Source: Wallemia ichthyophaga EXF-994
Lineage: Eukaryota; Fungi; Basidiomycota
NCBI RefSeq assembly: GCF_000400465.1
Contig: NW_008806284.1
Coordinates: 1-32,000 of the forward strand
Reading direction: 5' to 3'
Length of the DNA stretch: 32,000 nt
Shown here: piece after piece, positions 1 through 13,098 of the stretch
How positions within the stretch are numbered: the stretch's first letter is position 1
How the letters are laid out: each line of letters begins with the position of its first letter
The notes under the pieces: generated by a model
The model's input: the letters and a program-made list of their open reading frames with translations, nothing else
Told to the model about the DNA's origin: nothing
The model's database searches: none
Position numbers and translations under genes: made by a program

Positions 1-1355
1 AGACCTGGCAGTCCGCAGATGTGCGATGATCTGAAAGTTACGTCAAGCGCGATATTCTCAGGCCCAGATGCAGTGAACAAGTTCATCGATAGCTTGGATC
101 GATACGAGGACACCGCCATGGCTATATCCCAACTCGGCCCGTTCTTCGATAGCAACGAGTCTTGGTCTGGCGAGCAACTCAACCAGCGAATTCTCAGTGC
201 GTTTAAAGTAGCTTTGCTTGTCTTTCCTCATCTCTTCATCAGTCTCCATCAACGATATCATCGACAAACGCTCTCAGAGAAGGCTTGACGTCGTTCAGCG
301 CGTTATTTTCAACCACATTAAGCCTTATTTCTCAAATCAGCACAAGAGCGTCAATGCGGACACGGGAAGAGTTAGGATGAGGGATCTCGCTAATGAGCAC
401 ATCGATTCTATCGATGCACCTGCATGGAAGACGCACAAGTTTGGCATTTGGGGTACATTAGCACTCCTCATGAGTATCACGGATGTACGATACCATCTTT
501 ACTGTAGCGCTCCGCTCACACAAACCTAAGGTGTCGCAATGCTGGTTCATGTTCCTGCCTCCAACTATGAGCATGCTTGATGACCCCGAGCCTTTCTTTA
601 AGGTGCGCGGTGTGAGACTTGCAAGGATGCTCATAGATACGTTAGATAGTAAACTTATCAATCAGGCTGGTCTGCGCACACTGTGGGAAAGTGTGAGTTT
701 TGCATTTTCTTCTTCGGTACCTTCTGACACCCTCACCAGTCGTTTTCTACTGCCCTTACATTTTTCGCACAAGATCACGGCGCGGAATTGCTTATCGGCG
801 CTGTAGAAGCCACGCTAGCTCTCTATCGCAAGACGACAGTTGACACAGAATCACTCTACAAACTCACATTGGATAGTGTCATTCAGCCTTGGTTCTATGC
901 AGGGGATAAGCTGGCTGTATTGTTTCCAACTTTCACTGTACTGCCTCAATTGCTAGAAGCGATGGATATAAATTCTGTGCGGTTTCTGAAGGTGGGCGGG
1001 CGTTAATCAAAATAGTGTCAGTCTCATCTAACAACAACAGGCTATCATCCCACAGATCAACAAAACTCTTCTTATTGCCTCTCCAAACGAACACTCCTTG
1101 CCTGTCCAGACGGCTGCTCTCGACGCGCTAAGCACGCTGATCCGGGTGTGCGAGCCACGAATACATCAGCGCAGAGTGCAGATACTTGAAGGATTAGTCA
1201 AAGCTTTTGTGAAAGATGGTCATCATCCGGAACACTGCTCCAGACTCCAGTATTGCTTTGGTGTACTTAAGAAGACTGCGCCGCAAGTTAGTGATGATTT
1301 CAAAGCGCTAACCAACATACACCCGTCTTTGAGCTCTTTAGACATTGACTTTTAG
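1..1355 (+). CDS. TTI2: TEL2-interacting protein Tti2-like HEAT-repeat protein (5' end outside window, multi-exon)
   Basis: Joining exons across GT-AG introns (~196-242, ~485-530, ~692-738, ~992-1040) gives WFMFLPPTMSMLDDPEPFFKVRGVRL...LINQAGL and LDALSTLIRVCEPRI, resembling the Tti2 family; stop at 1353-1355. Confidence 0.7.
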
Positions 1356-2110
1356 TTGTTCAATAACACACTACGCAGGTGTTTATATTTTCTATACCTT
1401 CCTCCAATTCAGACAAGTTCATCACCGCTCTCGCAATGACCTCATTTGAGCGCTTGAATTCACAGACTACATGATTTCAGATAAAGCTGTGCAGCCTCGA
1501 TACAGGTCTCATATACGTCCTTACAAGGTGGAGACGGGATAGCAGTATCTCGTGGATGAACATCGGCACCATTTGTCAATGAGAATAAGGTTGCTATAGT
1601 TGGTGGTTAGGTTGATACATCCTTGGTCAGAGTTTAATTGTAAAATAGCGATTGGTTTGAATTGTGTAAGGACGTCGGCATGACTTTTTCAGGAACATCA
1701 GAAAAAGTAAGAGTGTCCCAAATTTGCTTGAGTAAATGGGTAGAATGTTTCATAAGCTCAAAGCGTCCCGAATAACGCTGACACAGCATATGAAAGTCGA
1801 TGATACTTAGCTTTACTCAAAGGCGGGGTGATGTAAGCAAGGGTGATGAAATGGGACAAATTGCTCGCCAATCACTCAAATAGGTGGTTATTACACGGTT
1901 ATACTTTTGTTATGCTCCAGTGTTCAGTGCTGTGATGAGTACCTGAAATTCGTTTGCCTGGTTCAGCAGAAGCAATGGCTAGAATTGATAGACTGTGCGT
2001 ATGTGTGTATTCAGACTACAAACACATGCCTTTCTTTAGTATATGACATCAATACATTACAATATTCCAATAAGTTATGCTTTCTATAATCTCTAAACCT
2101 CTGCTCCACT

Positions 2111-3676
2111 TCACTCAACCACTGTATTCCATGGCTCTGGAGTGATTTTGGCGCGATTAAAGGTATGCTGCATGGCCTTTTCTTCCTCCCCGTTGATCTT
2201 GTCGTCTGTAACAGTCTCTCTGACAAAGGTGACAACTTGAGGCGAGCCGCTCTGTCCAAACCTACCCACACGACCAGATATGTGCGAGTACTTTGTGACA
2301 TCCTTTGTTGGACCTGCAATCATAACAAGCTCGAGAGAAGGCATGTGCAAGCCCCGTACAGCATGCTCGTGGGTAATGTAAAGTGTTCCTTTATCGTCAT
2401 CACCTACGTTCTCCTGCAACCCTTCATCTTGATCATCGTCCTTTGAAAGGTTGACGAGCTGGCGTGCGTTAAGACCAAGCTCACCAAAGAAATCCTCTAG
2501 CCGCTTTATCGATGCGTTCGATGGTACAATCAGTACTGCAGACCCATTGTTATCATTGTGTGCACTCCATATCGCAAATGCCGCTGCTACACTTTCGAAT
2601 AAATTCTCGTCCTCATTCGCCTCTCCTAAAAACTTGCTCACCTCATTGCGTCTGAGTTGCAACTCCTTACTGCCACCAATTTCACTATCGTTTGTACGAA
2701 TGTTGCGAATTTCACCACGGTTGTTAACCACAACACAACAGTGTCTCACTCTTGTGCCCTTATCGCTGGTGTCAGCATTGATGTATGAGGTAGCTGGACC
2801 AGCCCAACGCTTTTCGACCTTAAGATGACCCCTTAGGGGTGCGTTGAGGGACGCGCTCGTCGCGATGAACTGTATTTTGCGATCGCGACCTCCCATCAAA
2901 GCATCTATGAGCGGGTATAAGACGTCCTTTTTCTTCTTTGGCGATTTCTTGAACGATCTTGTCGATCTTCTTGTTGATGGCGATGGTAGGAGCGCGTCAA
3001 CCTCATCAAGCGCGATGCAGCTGAGGTCTTGGACTATGTTGCGCTTCGCTTGAATGTTAAAGAGGCTTGGGTCGTGAGCTAATGCATCAGCTAGGCCGTT
3101 AGGGGTGCAGACGAGTACCTTGGGGATTGTAGAGCGCAATGTCAACACTTGATCTGAGGTGGATAAATTTGGTGAGCGATAGAGTGCGCCGACGTAGCTG
3201 GAGTAAGTCTGTGGGTATAAAGACTCGCTCCAGAAAGTATATTGCCGTAGTAGCTCATATGTTGGGACCATAATCAATCCAAGGATACTCTGTCTATCGT
3301 CCTCGTTCACGCTGGCGAAGCTTGTGCTCATTGCGAGAGGATCAAATGTCACCCTCCTGCTCCGGCTGCTAGACTTTTCATCTGCTCGCGTGCGTGATGC
3401 CTGTGATAAAAGAGATAGCAGCAACCCAAGTGACCTGAAGAGAGAAGACAGGGTGAGATCGGAGAGAATGCGACCAACTGCAACTCACTTTCCATCACCC
3501 GTATCAGCCTTAAGAAGTACATCGTATCCGTTTGTAACCCTGGTGATCAGCTCGGATTGTGCATGTGTGGGCGTGCGTATGCTGGGGAAGCTGGACTGGA
3601 CGCGATTGAGGAGATCCGGAGAAAGTGGTAAACTACTGAAGCTGCCAATTTTCAATCTAATTCGTGACCATCTCAT
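2111..3676 (-). CDS. DEAD-box RNA helicase with degenerate motifs, possibly mitochondrial
   Basis: Exon 1 ORF (3676-~3488) has an Arg-rich N-terminus, Q motif PTHAQ and motif I DTGDGK. One GTGAGT...CAG intron joins it to the 437-aa ORF with PTYEL, TPNGL, DEVD, SAS, RGLH and HISGRVGR. Confidence 0.85.
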
Positions 3677-3694
3677 CGTTGTGCACTCGCAACC

Positions 3695-4672
<978 letters not shown>

Positions 4673-4744
4673 GTTTTAACGTATAAGAAAAAGAGCTGTC
4701 AACAAAGCTTAAATGAATAGACGATACACTGTTTAGTTTGAGAG

Positions 4745-7225
4745 CTATTTGACTAGCTGATTACCGTCATAGTCTGTTATTTTGCCGTCTCGATTGACTG
4801 TGGGTGTGTTGAACACACTTTCGTCGTAATTCTCCTTATCAATCATGCTGTTGTTCATGGCATCCTCATCTTCCTCACCTAGCACTTCGAATTTCGCCTG
4901 GTCTTTTCTGCGCTGACTTGCAACGTGCAATTGATTGACTAGCTCAATCTTCTTGTTGGTGTTAATCTCACTCTGTTCTGATTCCGTTCTAAGTCTATCC
5001 GCAAACTCTACCTCTTGTAGCGTCAATTGCTCACGCATCAGCTCAAGACACTCCTCTCTGGTTCCCATTTCTATCTCCGCACAACGCATCTCAGCTTCAA
5101 GCCATCTTTCCTTCATGTCTTGGAGTTCAGAAAAGAGGAATTCTGTGAAAGGATCGTTCTCATCGTCGCTGTCTATCTCACTACCCTCTTCATCTGTTGC
5201 ACGGTTATCTGTGTCCGCTTCGTCCTCCATAGCTATGCTTTGATCTCCCACTTGAACATTGACGAATTTATCGCTCAAGCTCTCGTCACTACTTTTGATA
5301 CTTTTATGACTGCTATTGCTTGGCGTATGTCCGATCCTCTCTCTAATTGCACCTAATGTGTCTTTGATGGTAGAGTTAACCTTCTTAGGAAGCAAGGTTG
5401 ATGGCGCTTTTGAGACGTTGACATCGCGAGCTACAGCTGAGAACTTCATTACATGGGACGTTTCCATGAATGATGTGTCGAATGGGTTGCAATGCACCAA
5501 CATTACTGCCTTGCCGTCTCCGACAAAGAAGGATTGGAATATCTCTGTCAACTTGGAATGTCTAAATGGTACCGGTGCTGGCTGTAATGCTTTAATTTTG
5601 GGTGTGATTTAACAAAGGACGAGAATAACGTACCTTCTTATTCTCCTGACGACGCTGATTAGCACGGAGGATCTCCATACATTGACCCAAAACCATCAAA
5701 GACTTGTTAATGTTACCAGCTTCACGCAGACGTTCACCTGTATTGCCAGTGTTTTTGCTTCTCTCAGAACCAGCTAAATCGACCAGTGAGAAACGAGAAA
5801 ACGAAACTGCATTCGGATCCTGAACATCTGTTAGCATTTGCGTGTTTTAAACACAAATAATCACCTTCTGTGCTCCACTATTCACTCTCATCACGCGAAT
5901 GTTGAAGATGGAGTGTGAACGACTACTAGCGCGGTTTGCGAGTGTCGAGAATACTTGTCTGTTGTGTGTGCCAAGCTCTAGTAAGGCTCTTGCTTGCTGT
6001 AGGGACTGTCAGCCATCACCTTTAAATCAAGACAACACTTCAAACCCACCTCAGGGGTGTCACAACGAACTTCTCTCAATCCTTCAATGTACTTGGCGTC
6101 AGCATCTCTATCGCTCCTCAATCCAAGCGCTTTACGCTTAACGACTATGGTTGTTTTCTTTGAAGTAGCAGTACCCATGCTACCAACGCTATTGCTGGGG
6201 TGTAAGTTGGAGGTGGATGGCAGACTCTCAAGCAAATCATAAACCTTCTCATTGTAAATTTCAGCAAAAGAAATCCAGATTGCGTACTTGTAGTTTTTGT
6301 CAAGATTGAAAGACGTGTCCTCGGATTGAGAAACAGGATTAGGTTTTCCAGGGAAAACATCGTGGAAGAATTGAGCATGCTGATTACGATGTCCAGATAA
6401 ACCAGAGAGTAAGCTAGCGTGTGGAGAGTGGCGGGTGCTTTCCACGGCTGAGACCTTTGATGGTCTGAAATCGTGATTGGCTTTCAAATCACCGATACTG
6501 TTAAAAATGACATCCAAAGTGCGCGGAATGATGCCCTCCTGACCTTCACCTTGGCCACCTTGCATTGAGTATGTTTTACCAGAGTTTGTGACACCATAAG
6601 CGAATAAGAGAGCATTCTGAGACTTGAGAAGAACATCTTCAACGAGTGGAAGAGTCGTTTGAGTGAAGAAATCTGATTGTGAAGAAGACAATTGCATCTT
6701 CTCTTTCGAGGCGGTTGAAGGCATATCAGAGAGGTTTGGATGGAATACCTTTGTGAAGGCATATCTCTCTGAGCTGATTCCAGCGCCAAGTGAGAGTCTG
6801 CTGCCGCCTAACAAAGAATCTGAGGGAGCTGTCAACTCAACTTGAGTTGGGCTAATGACTTGTAAATAAGGATCACTAAGGGAGCGGTCTCTAGTTCCAG
6901 CGTCAGGATTTCTAACTCGTAAATAAGTCTAGCAGGTGAGTTAGGAATGTGAGTCACTGGCACTGCAACTGAATCTAACCTTGATAGGCTCCTTCTCTGG
7001 CGAGTATTGGGCGATAGACAGTTTACCTTTGTGATTTGTAGTGGTACGCCTCTTTTGACCTTCAGCGACGACGACTCTACGCGCTGCGTTTGTTGCAGCA
7101 GTTGCTGTTGTAGCTTGAGCCCGTCCAAGTGTAGGAGAAACAAAAGATTGATTAGATTTCAAAGGCAATTTCGAAGGAGATTGATTGGTTGGAGATTTCT
7201 TCGTTTGTGATCGCGTCGTCCTCAT
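4745..7225 (-). CDS. Kinesin-6 family (MKLP/KIF20/Klp9-like) motor protein
   Basis: TYLRVR, LLFAYGVTNSGKTYS (kinesin-6-type P-loop), long L6 insert, NRASSRSH, LVDLAGSER, VPFRHSKLT and a coiled-coil tail; four short introns; ATG at 7225. Confidence 0.92.
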
Positions 7226-7274
7226 CGTTCAACTTGAAAATACAATAAGGCGCGTCACTCAAACTCAAACGACG

Positions 7275-8752
7275 ATGGACGGTGATGTACTGGTTAATGC
7301 GCCGATTGTGATTGATAATGTGGGCAATCGGATTTCATCATTCACAACCATATTTATATTTCAAAGGGCTCCGGTACAATCAAAGCTGGTTTCGCAGGCG
7401 AGGATCATCCAAGTTGCTTCTTTCCCGTAGGTTGGCGCGCTTGCGGGTCTTTTATACTCAAATTACTCCTCATAGTCACAGTCGGTCGATTCTTCTTTCC
7501 TTACTTCCCCACTTAACCAATATTCAGCGTTGGGAGACCAAAACATGCAAGAGTTATGGCAGGAAGCTTAGAAGGCGAGCAATTTATTGGCAGAAAAGCT
7601 CAAGAGCTGCGTGGATTGCTTAAAATTAAGTATCCAATGGTATGTACCGCTGGCGAAAAACCCACACACACCTAACGCATACAGGAACACGGTATCGTCA
7701 CAGACTGGGAAGATATGGAGAGAATTTGGTCTCACATATACGCTGATGAACTCAAAGCACTTTCAGAGGAGCATCCTGTGTTACTCACAGAAGCACCGCT
7801 CAATCCACGCCAAAACAGAGACATTGCTGCTCAAATATTCTTTGAAACTTTCAATGTTCCTGCCCTTTTTACTTCGGTACAAGCGGTTTTATCTCTCTAC
7901 TCCTCTGGTAGAACAACTGGTTTAGTCTTGGATTCTGGTGATGGTGTCACTCACGCCGTTCCTGTCTATGAGGGCTTCTCAATGCCACATGCTATTAGAA
8001 GGGTTGACGTCGCTGGTAGGGATGTCACTTATAACTTACAGATGCTGTTGAGGAGGTCCGGTTTCAACTTGACAACATCCGCAGAATTGGAAGTTGTAAG
8101 GACAATAAAGGAAAAGTGCTGCTACGTGGCTCTCAATCCACAGAAAGAAGAGAAGGAGGCTGCTAGTAGGGGTGACAATGCGCGTAAAGAGGAGTTTAAG
8201 CTGCCTGATGGACACACAATTAGAGTGCGTCTTCTCCTTCCCTTCATACCTCTTCTCACTACCCCCACAGCTAGGTCCCGAGAGGTTTAGAGCACCAGAG
8301 ATACTCTTCAATCCAGAACTCGTTGGTTTGGAAGACGCAGGTGTACATCAAGTTGTCGTAGATTCTATAAACAGGTCTGATCTTGACCTCCGAAAATCCC
8401 TCTTTGGCAATATCATTTTATCTGGTGGATCAACCTTGACTAAAGGTAAGTGTGTGGCCAGTAGCTTCAATAAAGTCCCCTAAGAAAAGAAACCCAGGCT
8501 TCGGTGATAGATTGCTCGCAGACGTCAAGAGGCTGGCACTTAAGGATGTCAAAATTAAGATCTACGCCCCACCTGAACGCAAGTACTCTACATGGATTGG
8601 TGGATCTATCTTAGCTGGTTTGAGTACTTTCAAAAAGGTGTGTCTTTGGGGAGGCTATATTCTCACAACCAACTAACTTTATCTTATAGATGTGGATATC
8701 GGCTGAGGCTTTCGCTGAAGATCCTGATATAGTTCACAAAAGAGCCTTCTGA
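7275..8752 (+). CDS. ARP1: Actin-related protein 1 (centractin, dynactin filament)
   Basis: [47 protein letters not shown] and [20 protein letters not shown]; 8 coding exons including a 5-nt micro-exon (7475-7479); stop 8750-8752. Confidence 0.95.
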
Positions 8753-8814
8753 TAGAATTTCAAGTTAATTTATACCCACATACATATGCGCAATTGATTC
8801 AAATAAATACGATA

Positions 8815-11224
8815 TCAGACTTGTTTAAATACGTCTGTTTGTATACCTTGGACTTCTTCATAGTGGAGTTTTGACAAAGCCGCTCTTTTTACTAGCTCGA
8901 GATAGCTTGCCAGGGTGTTCGAACCGGCGACGCCCTTCTTTATCAGTGATGTTGACCGTCTTACGAACTCGAGGTAGATGCGGTAGCGCTCATCAGCCAC
9001 GGTGTTAGCAAGGTTGAGTGCTTGGTCAATATATCTATATTTTGATTAGATTGAGCGGTTGCTGTGACATCCACACTCACCCAATGTTGATAGACTTGGC
9101 TTCGTAAAGGGATGTATGCAATCTATGTACCAGCTCCGGTATGTATATCTCTCTTATTCTCTCCAACTCCATCACCCGCTTCTCGTGAGCGTCTTCTCCA
9201 AGCCTCATCCACTCAGTAGTGAAAATCTCCATTGACTTCTCCTTGACAATGTGAGTAAGTGTCTAGTGAACATATAATTGAGTCAGAAGCATATCATCAA
9301 AACAATCACCCACCTCCACCTGATCTGACCAAGCTTTGTAATCCAATTTAGCAACTTTGTTAGTATCAGGTTGGGCCGTCCACAGCTCAACGAGTTTGGT
9401 GTGATTATCAAGCAGCTCAAATAGCTGTTTATATCCACTATATTCGACAATTTGATCGTCGATACTAATGACGTCTTCCTCTTCCATGTTGCTGTTTGGT
9501 TGATGCGCCATTAGATCAGCTGGTAGCGAGTCGAGAAGCTTGTAAGCAGCAGAAACATTACCACTTGCCAAAAAGTACCTCATCAGCCCATTACTCTGTA
9601 CCAATGCGAATCTGTAAGTTTCTTTTGCAAAGATGAGCCACTCTATGGATCTAAGCAGAGAGAGATTTTTGTACGACAAATTACTGGTATTTGCGAATGT
9701 TGTAATATCTGGTGCTATTGTGGGTACTTCCGGTAATCTAGTAAATGTGTCGATAAGTGTCAGCTCAACAGTTCTGCATGCAACACCCTCCAAATCCAAT
9801 CCATGCTCACGCGTTTGCATCAGAGCGGCTTTCCTGACATCAATTGGTGTGGTTATGTCAAGTGAATGGAGATAGTGGGCAAACGACTCCCCACCAGCAC
9901 CTTCACCAAGACAGCCTGCATACATTCCTACCAGCTCCTTCGCTTCGTTACGTTGCTCAAGAGTGCGCACGTAGACTTCTAATATAATCTCAGCGGGTCC
10001 GTTGGGTACATCCTCTGTTGGATTTTCGTCGTCGATTGCACGAAGAAAGAGAACAAGGTGGGCAAAGAATCTAATCAAATGTGCGAAAGCATCAGGAGAT
10101 ACCATCTGAGCTGTTTGGGGGATTTGAGAAGCAAAGTTGGTCAGCAAATGATTTGTTCTCTCAAGCATGACATTTGTTTGAGTGATTCTGAAAGGATTAT
10201 GGGCTGAGTTGCCGACGTTACCGCCCAGCTTGAGTATTTCTTCAAAGATTGCTTCCAAGTTTTCGGCGACTGGTTCGCTTTCGGGAGCGTTGGTATTGTC
10301 TATAGATTCATACCAATATCCACCAGTATTTCTAAGTGATTCATCAATTTTTCTCTCCATCAAGGCATTTACGCGTGCCCAAAGGTGATCCTCCCAAGTG
10401 CTGCACACGGGTATGACTGAAGAGAGAGTACCCGACAGACAACCATACAGAGCCCTCTCGTATGGGTCAAAGTCAGGGTTCTCGCTCAGTTGTGAAGCAA
10501 TTTGTTTCCAAAGTTTACGCTGCTTGTTGCCGGATATACCATTATTGAGAGCAATTTCGGGAGAAGCTAGCGAAGGATCATCCCACAACTGACCACCACG
10601 CAAACTAGCAGCACGCCAGGGCTGATCGGATGAGCGACAAGCATCCAACGCCAAGTCCATTCTGCCCAAACGGATGTATTCGAAGAGAGTGCGCGTGAGA
10701 GGTTTATCATACTGAGAATCCTCCACGTCGAGTTGCTTGCGTTGACGAAGGGGAGCGTCAGGATCAATGGAAGTGACAAGAGAAGGGGGAGTACTTCCCT
10801 GTCTCTTTGCCTGCTTGAGCTTGTTTTTAGTGTAAGTGTGGTAGCCTTTGCGGATTTCGACGGGGTATAAAGGAGTGGGGATGCTATGGAGCCATTGTCT
10901 GATAGTATTAAGTTCCAGAAGTTCGTTGGATTGAGAAATGAGTGGTTGAGTGAGGGTGAGTGGTGGAGTGTAAATATTTGATTGTAAGATCTCATTTGCT
11001 GAGAATCCATCATCCAAACCAGCCAAACGATCTTCGTAGATTGCGTGTATAAGCGTCCAAGTATTCCTCTCTAGGCTCCATGCTTCGCGTTCAGCGTCGT
11101 TGAGATTCGAATGAAGAATGTTATCGCATAGTTGAGCGAATAAATCTGGGAGATGAAGAATATTTCCAGATTTGTTATTCGAAATTTCAGATAAAATTCC
11201 CGCGAATTGCTGATACACGGTCAT
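8815..11224 (-). CDS. NUP84: Nucleoporin Nup84/Nup107
   Basis: WSLERNTW, QPWRAASLRGG, YERALYG and WEDHLWA motifs. Two 3' introns link the 657-aa ORF to IYIPELVHRLH and ANTVADERYRIY. First ATG at 11224. Confidence 0.93.
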
Positions 11225-11265
11225 TGTAAGGTTCAAAGGAACGACGACGACGAATATCAGATGAA

Positions 11266-12838
11266 ATGAATAAATTAGGTGGAATCGCAGGAATACTCAT
11301 CTTCATTTCTTCACTCATCTCTTACGCTGCAGAGACTGAATTGGCTCAAGTCGTTGAATCACGCTTAGGCTACTCAAAGCCTTACTTTATGCTCTATCTA
11401 GCACACTCCAGCTTCTGTTTCTGTCTTCCTCTTCACCTTCTCTTCCTCAAGATTACTAGCAGCGTCCCTTCGAAGCTCTACCTCAAAGGTCTCGCTCTAG
11501 CAACACGCAACGTACTCACCCCAAATGCCAGTCAGCCTTCACACAACGCTGGCTTCTGGGATATTCTCCCGGTCAAAGTTAGCTTGATTAGAATGTACTT
11601 CCTCACCGCTATGGCTACACTTGCCGCTGTCTGTTGGTGGGTATCTGTCAAATACACGACGTGTGTCAGATCATTCCTATCTGATTAATCCCTCTAATTA
11701 TTTTCATCCAGTGTTGCTGATCTCACTGCTATTTGGAATAGGTAACTACCCCTCCCCCCACTCCGCAATCGTCTCTGATAAACACCTCCAGCTCAGCTTT
11801 CTGGGCATATATTTTCGCAATATACCTCCTCGGTGAGAAACTACAAAAGTCTAAGCTAGGCGCTGTTGTCCTGGCTTGTTCTGGTGTTGTGTTGATTGCG
11901 TATGGAGGTGAAAGATCTTCACGCGAAACACCCCTCGAGGAAGGCGAAAAGAGAGCTAGATTTTCAACAGCATTGCTTGGCGATCTCTTGGTATTCATTG
12001 GTAGTCTCACTTTCGCACTTTTCGAAGTTTGTCTTAAGAAATACGCAAGTTTACCTGATAAGCATGATAATGACGAACGAGATGAATATGAGTCTGACGC
12101 TTTCGATTTCGGTGAGAGTTCAGATGAGGAGGATGTCGAACATCAAAAAAAACACAGAGACGACGGTGACGAATATGAGCATGAACAATTCAATTATGAA
12201 ACAAACAATCAAGACGAAATTGATGATACCCTAAAAACATCTCAGAGACCTGGCTTTCTGAACCACGCTAACTCTACATCTCCACTCATTGAAGCCAATA
12301 ACGTTAGTAGTGGTAATTTACATAGAATGAGTATGAGTAGGAGAGAGAGCAGCAATTCTATATCCACACTCGCGACAAACCCCCCTTTCGGCTTACATCC
12401 TAATCTCGTCAGTACAAGTATAGGATTAATCACTGTGCTCACTTTATGGATACCTATACCTATACTTCACTGGATTGGTTGGGAAAAGTTTGAACTCCCA
12501 CCTTCTGCGGCCGCTTATGGATATATAGCAGCGATGGTGATGTTTGGTATGGTGTTTAATGGAGCTTTTATAGTGAGTTTAAGGAGTATTGAGCCGTGTT
12601 TAGTACTGATGGATCATGCACAGGCACTTTGTTTTATATGGGGTCCAGTTATGGCATCTGTTGGAGTGAGTTTCAAGTTCTAGACGTATTCAACACTAAC
12701 AGAGATGATCAGTCGCTATTGACGATTGTGTTGGTGCAGATAGTGGATGTGCTAGTAAATCACGTACCACTGACATTATTCAGCGTGCTAGGAGGATCAT
12801 TGATCGTACTTGGCTTTGTTTTACTTGTAATTACCTGA
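11266..12838 (+). CDS. DMT/EamA-superfamily multi-pass membrane transporter with a large acidic loop
   Basis: Spliced product has about 10 hydrophobic segments, e.g. VADLTAIWNSSAFWAYIFAIYLLGEKLQKSKLGAVVLACSGVVLIAY; four short introns; substrate unknown. Confidence 0.8.
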
Positions 12839-12985
12839 TTGATAATGTATTGATTCAAAATAACTTTAATTTCCATTTATAGCCAGTTGCTCCGCCAAGA
12901 AAGATTTTCACGAGCAATGGCGGTGTACTATCTAAAACTAGAGAGAGTGGGGTATATGTGGAGTAATAGAGAATCAAAGTAGCCA

Positions 12986-13033
12986 CCAATTACCATAAAC
13001 ATAATGGATGATAAATTCAACGTTTTTAATTGG
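12986..13033. promoter_or_regulatory. Two inverted CCAAT boxes upstream of cytochrome c, each fitting CCAAT-N12-RWT
   Basis: Plus strand CCAAT 12986-12990 with AAT at 13003-13005; minus strand CCAAT 13033-13029 with ATT at 13016-13014; TGAT at 13009-13012 between them. Confidence 0.5.
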
Positions 13034-13098
13034 AGCACACATGCTTTTCAACGCGCCCGCCTCTCTTCCGCTCTAACCACAAAGACTCCAAAAAAATA

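Noticed and set aside
1605-1613. GGTTAGGTT (AACCTAACC on the minus strand) as a telomerase RNA template for TTAGG repeats
   Set aside because: Better explained as a CTAAC branch site before a TAG acceptor; the telomere repeat of this organism is unknown to me and no pseudoknot was evident.
1843-1946. Box C (GTGATGA at 1843 and 1932) and box D (CTGA at 1943) as a C/D snoRNA
   Set aside because: No terminal stem and no rRNA-complementary guide that I could recognise; needs snoscan/Rfam.
8815-9000. 61-aa ORF as an independent gene
   Set aside because: It is the last exon of NUP84.
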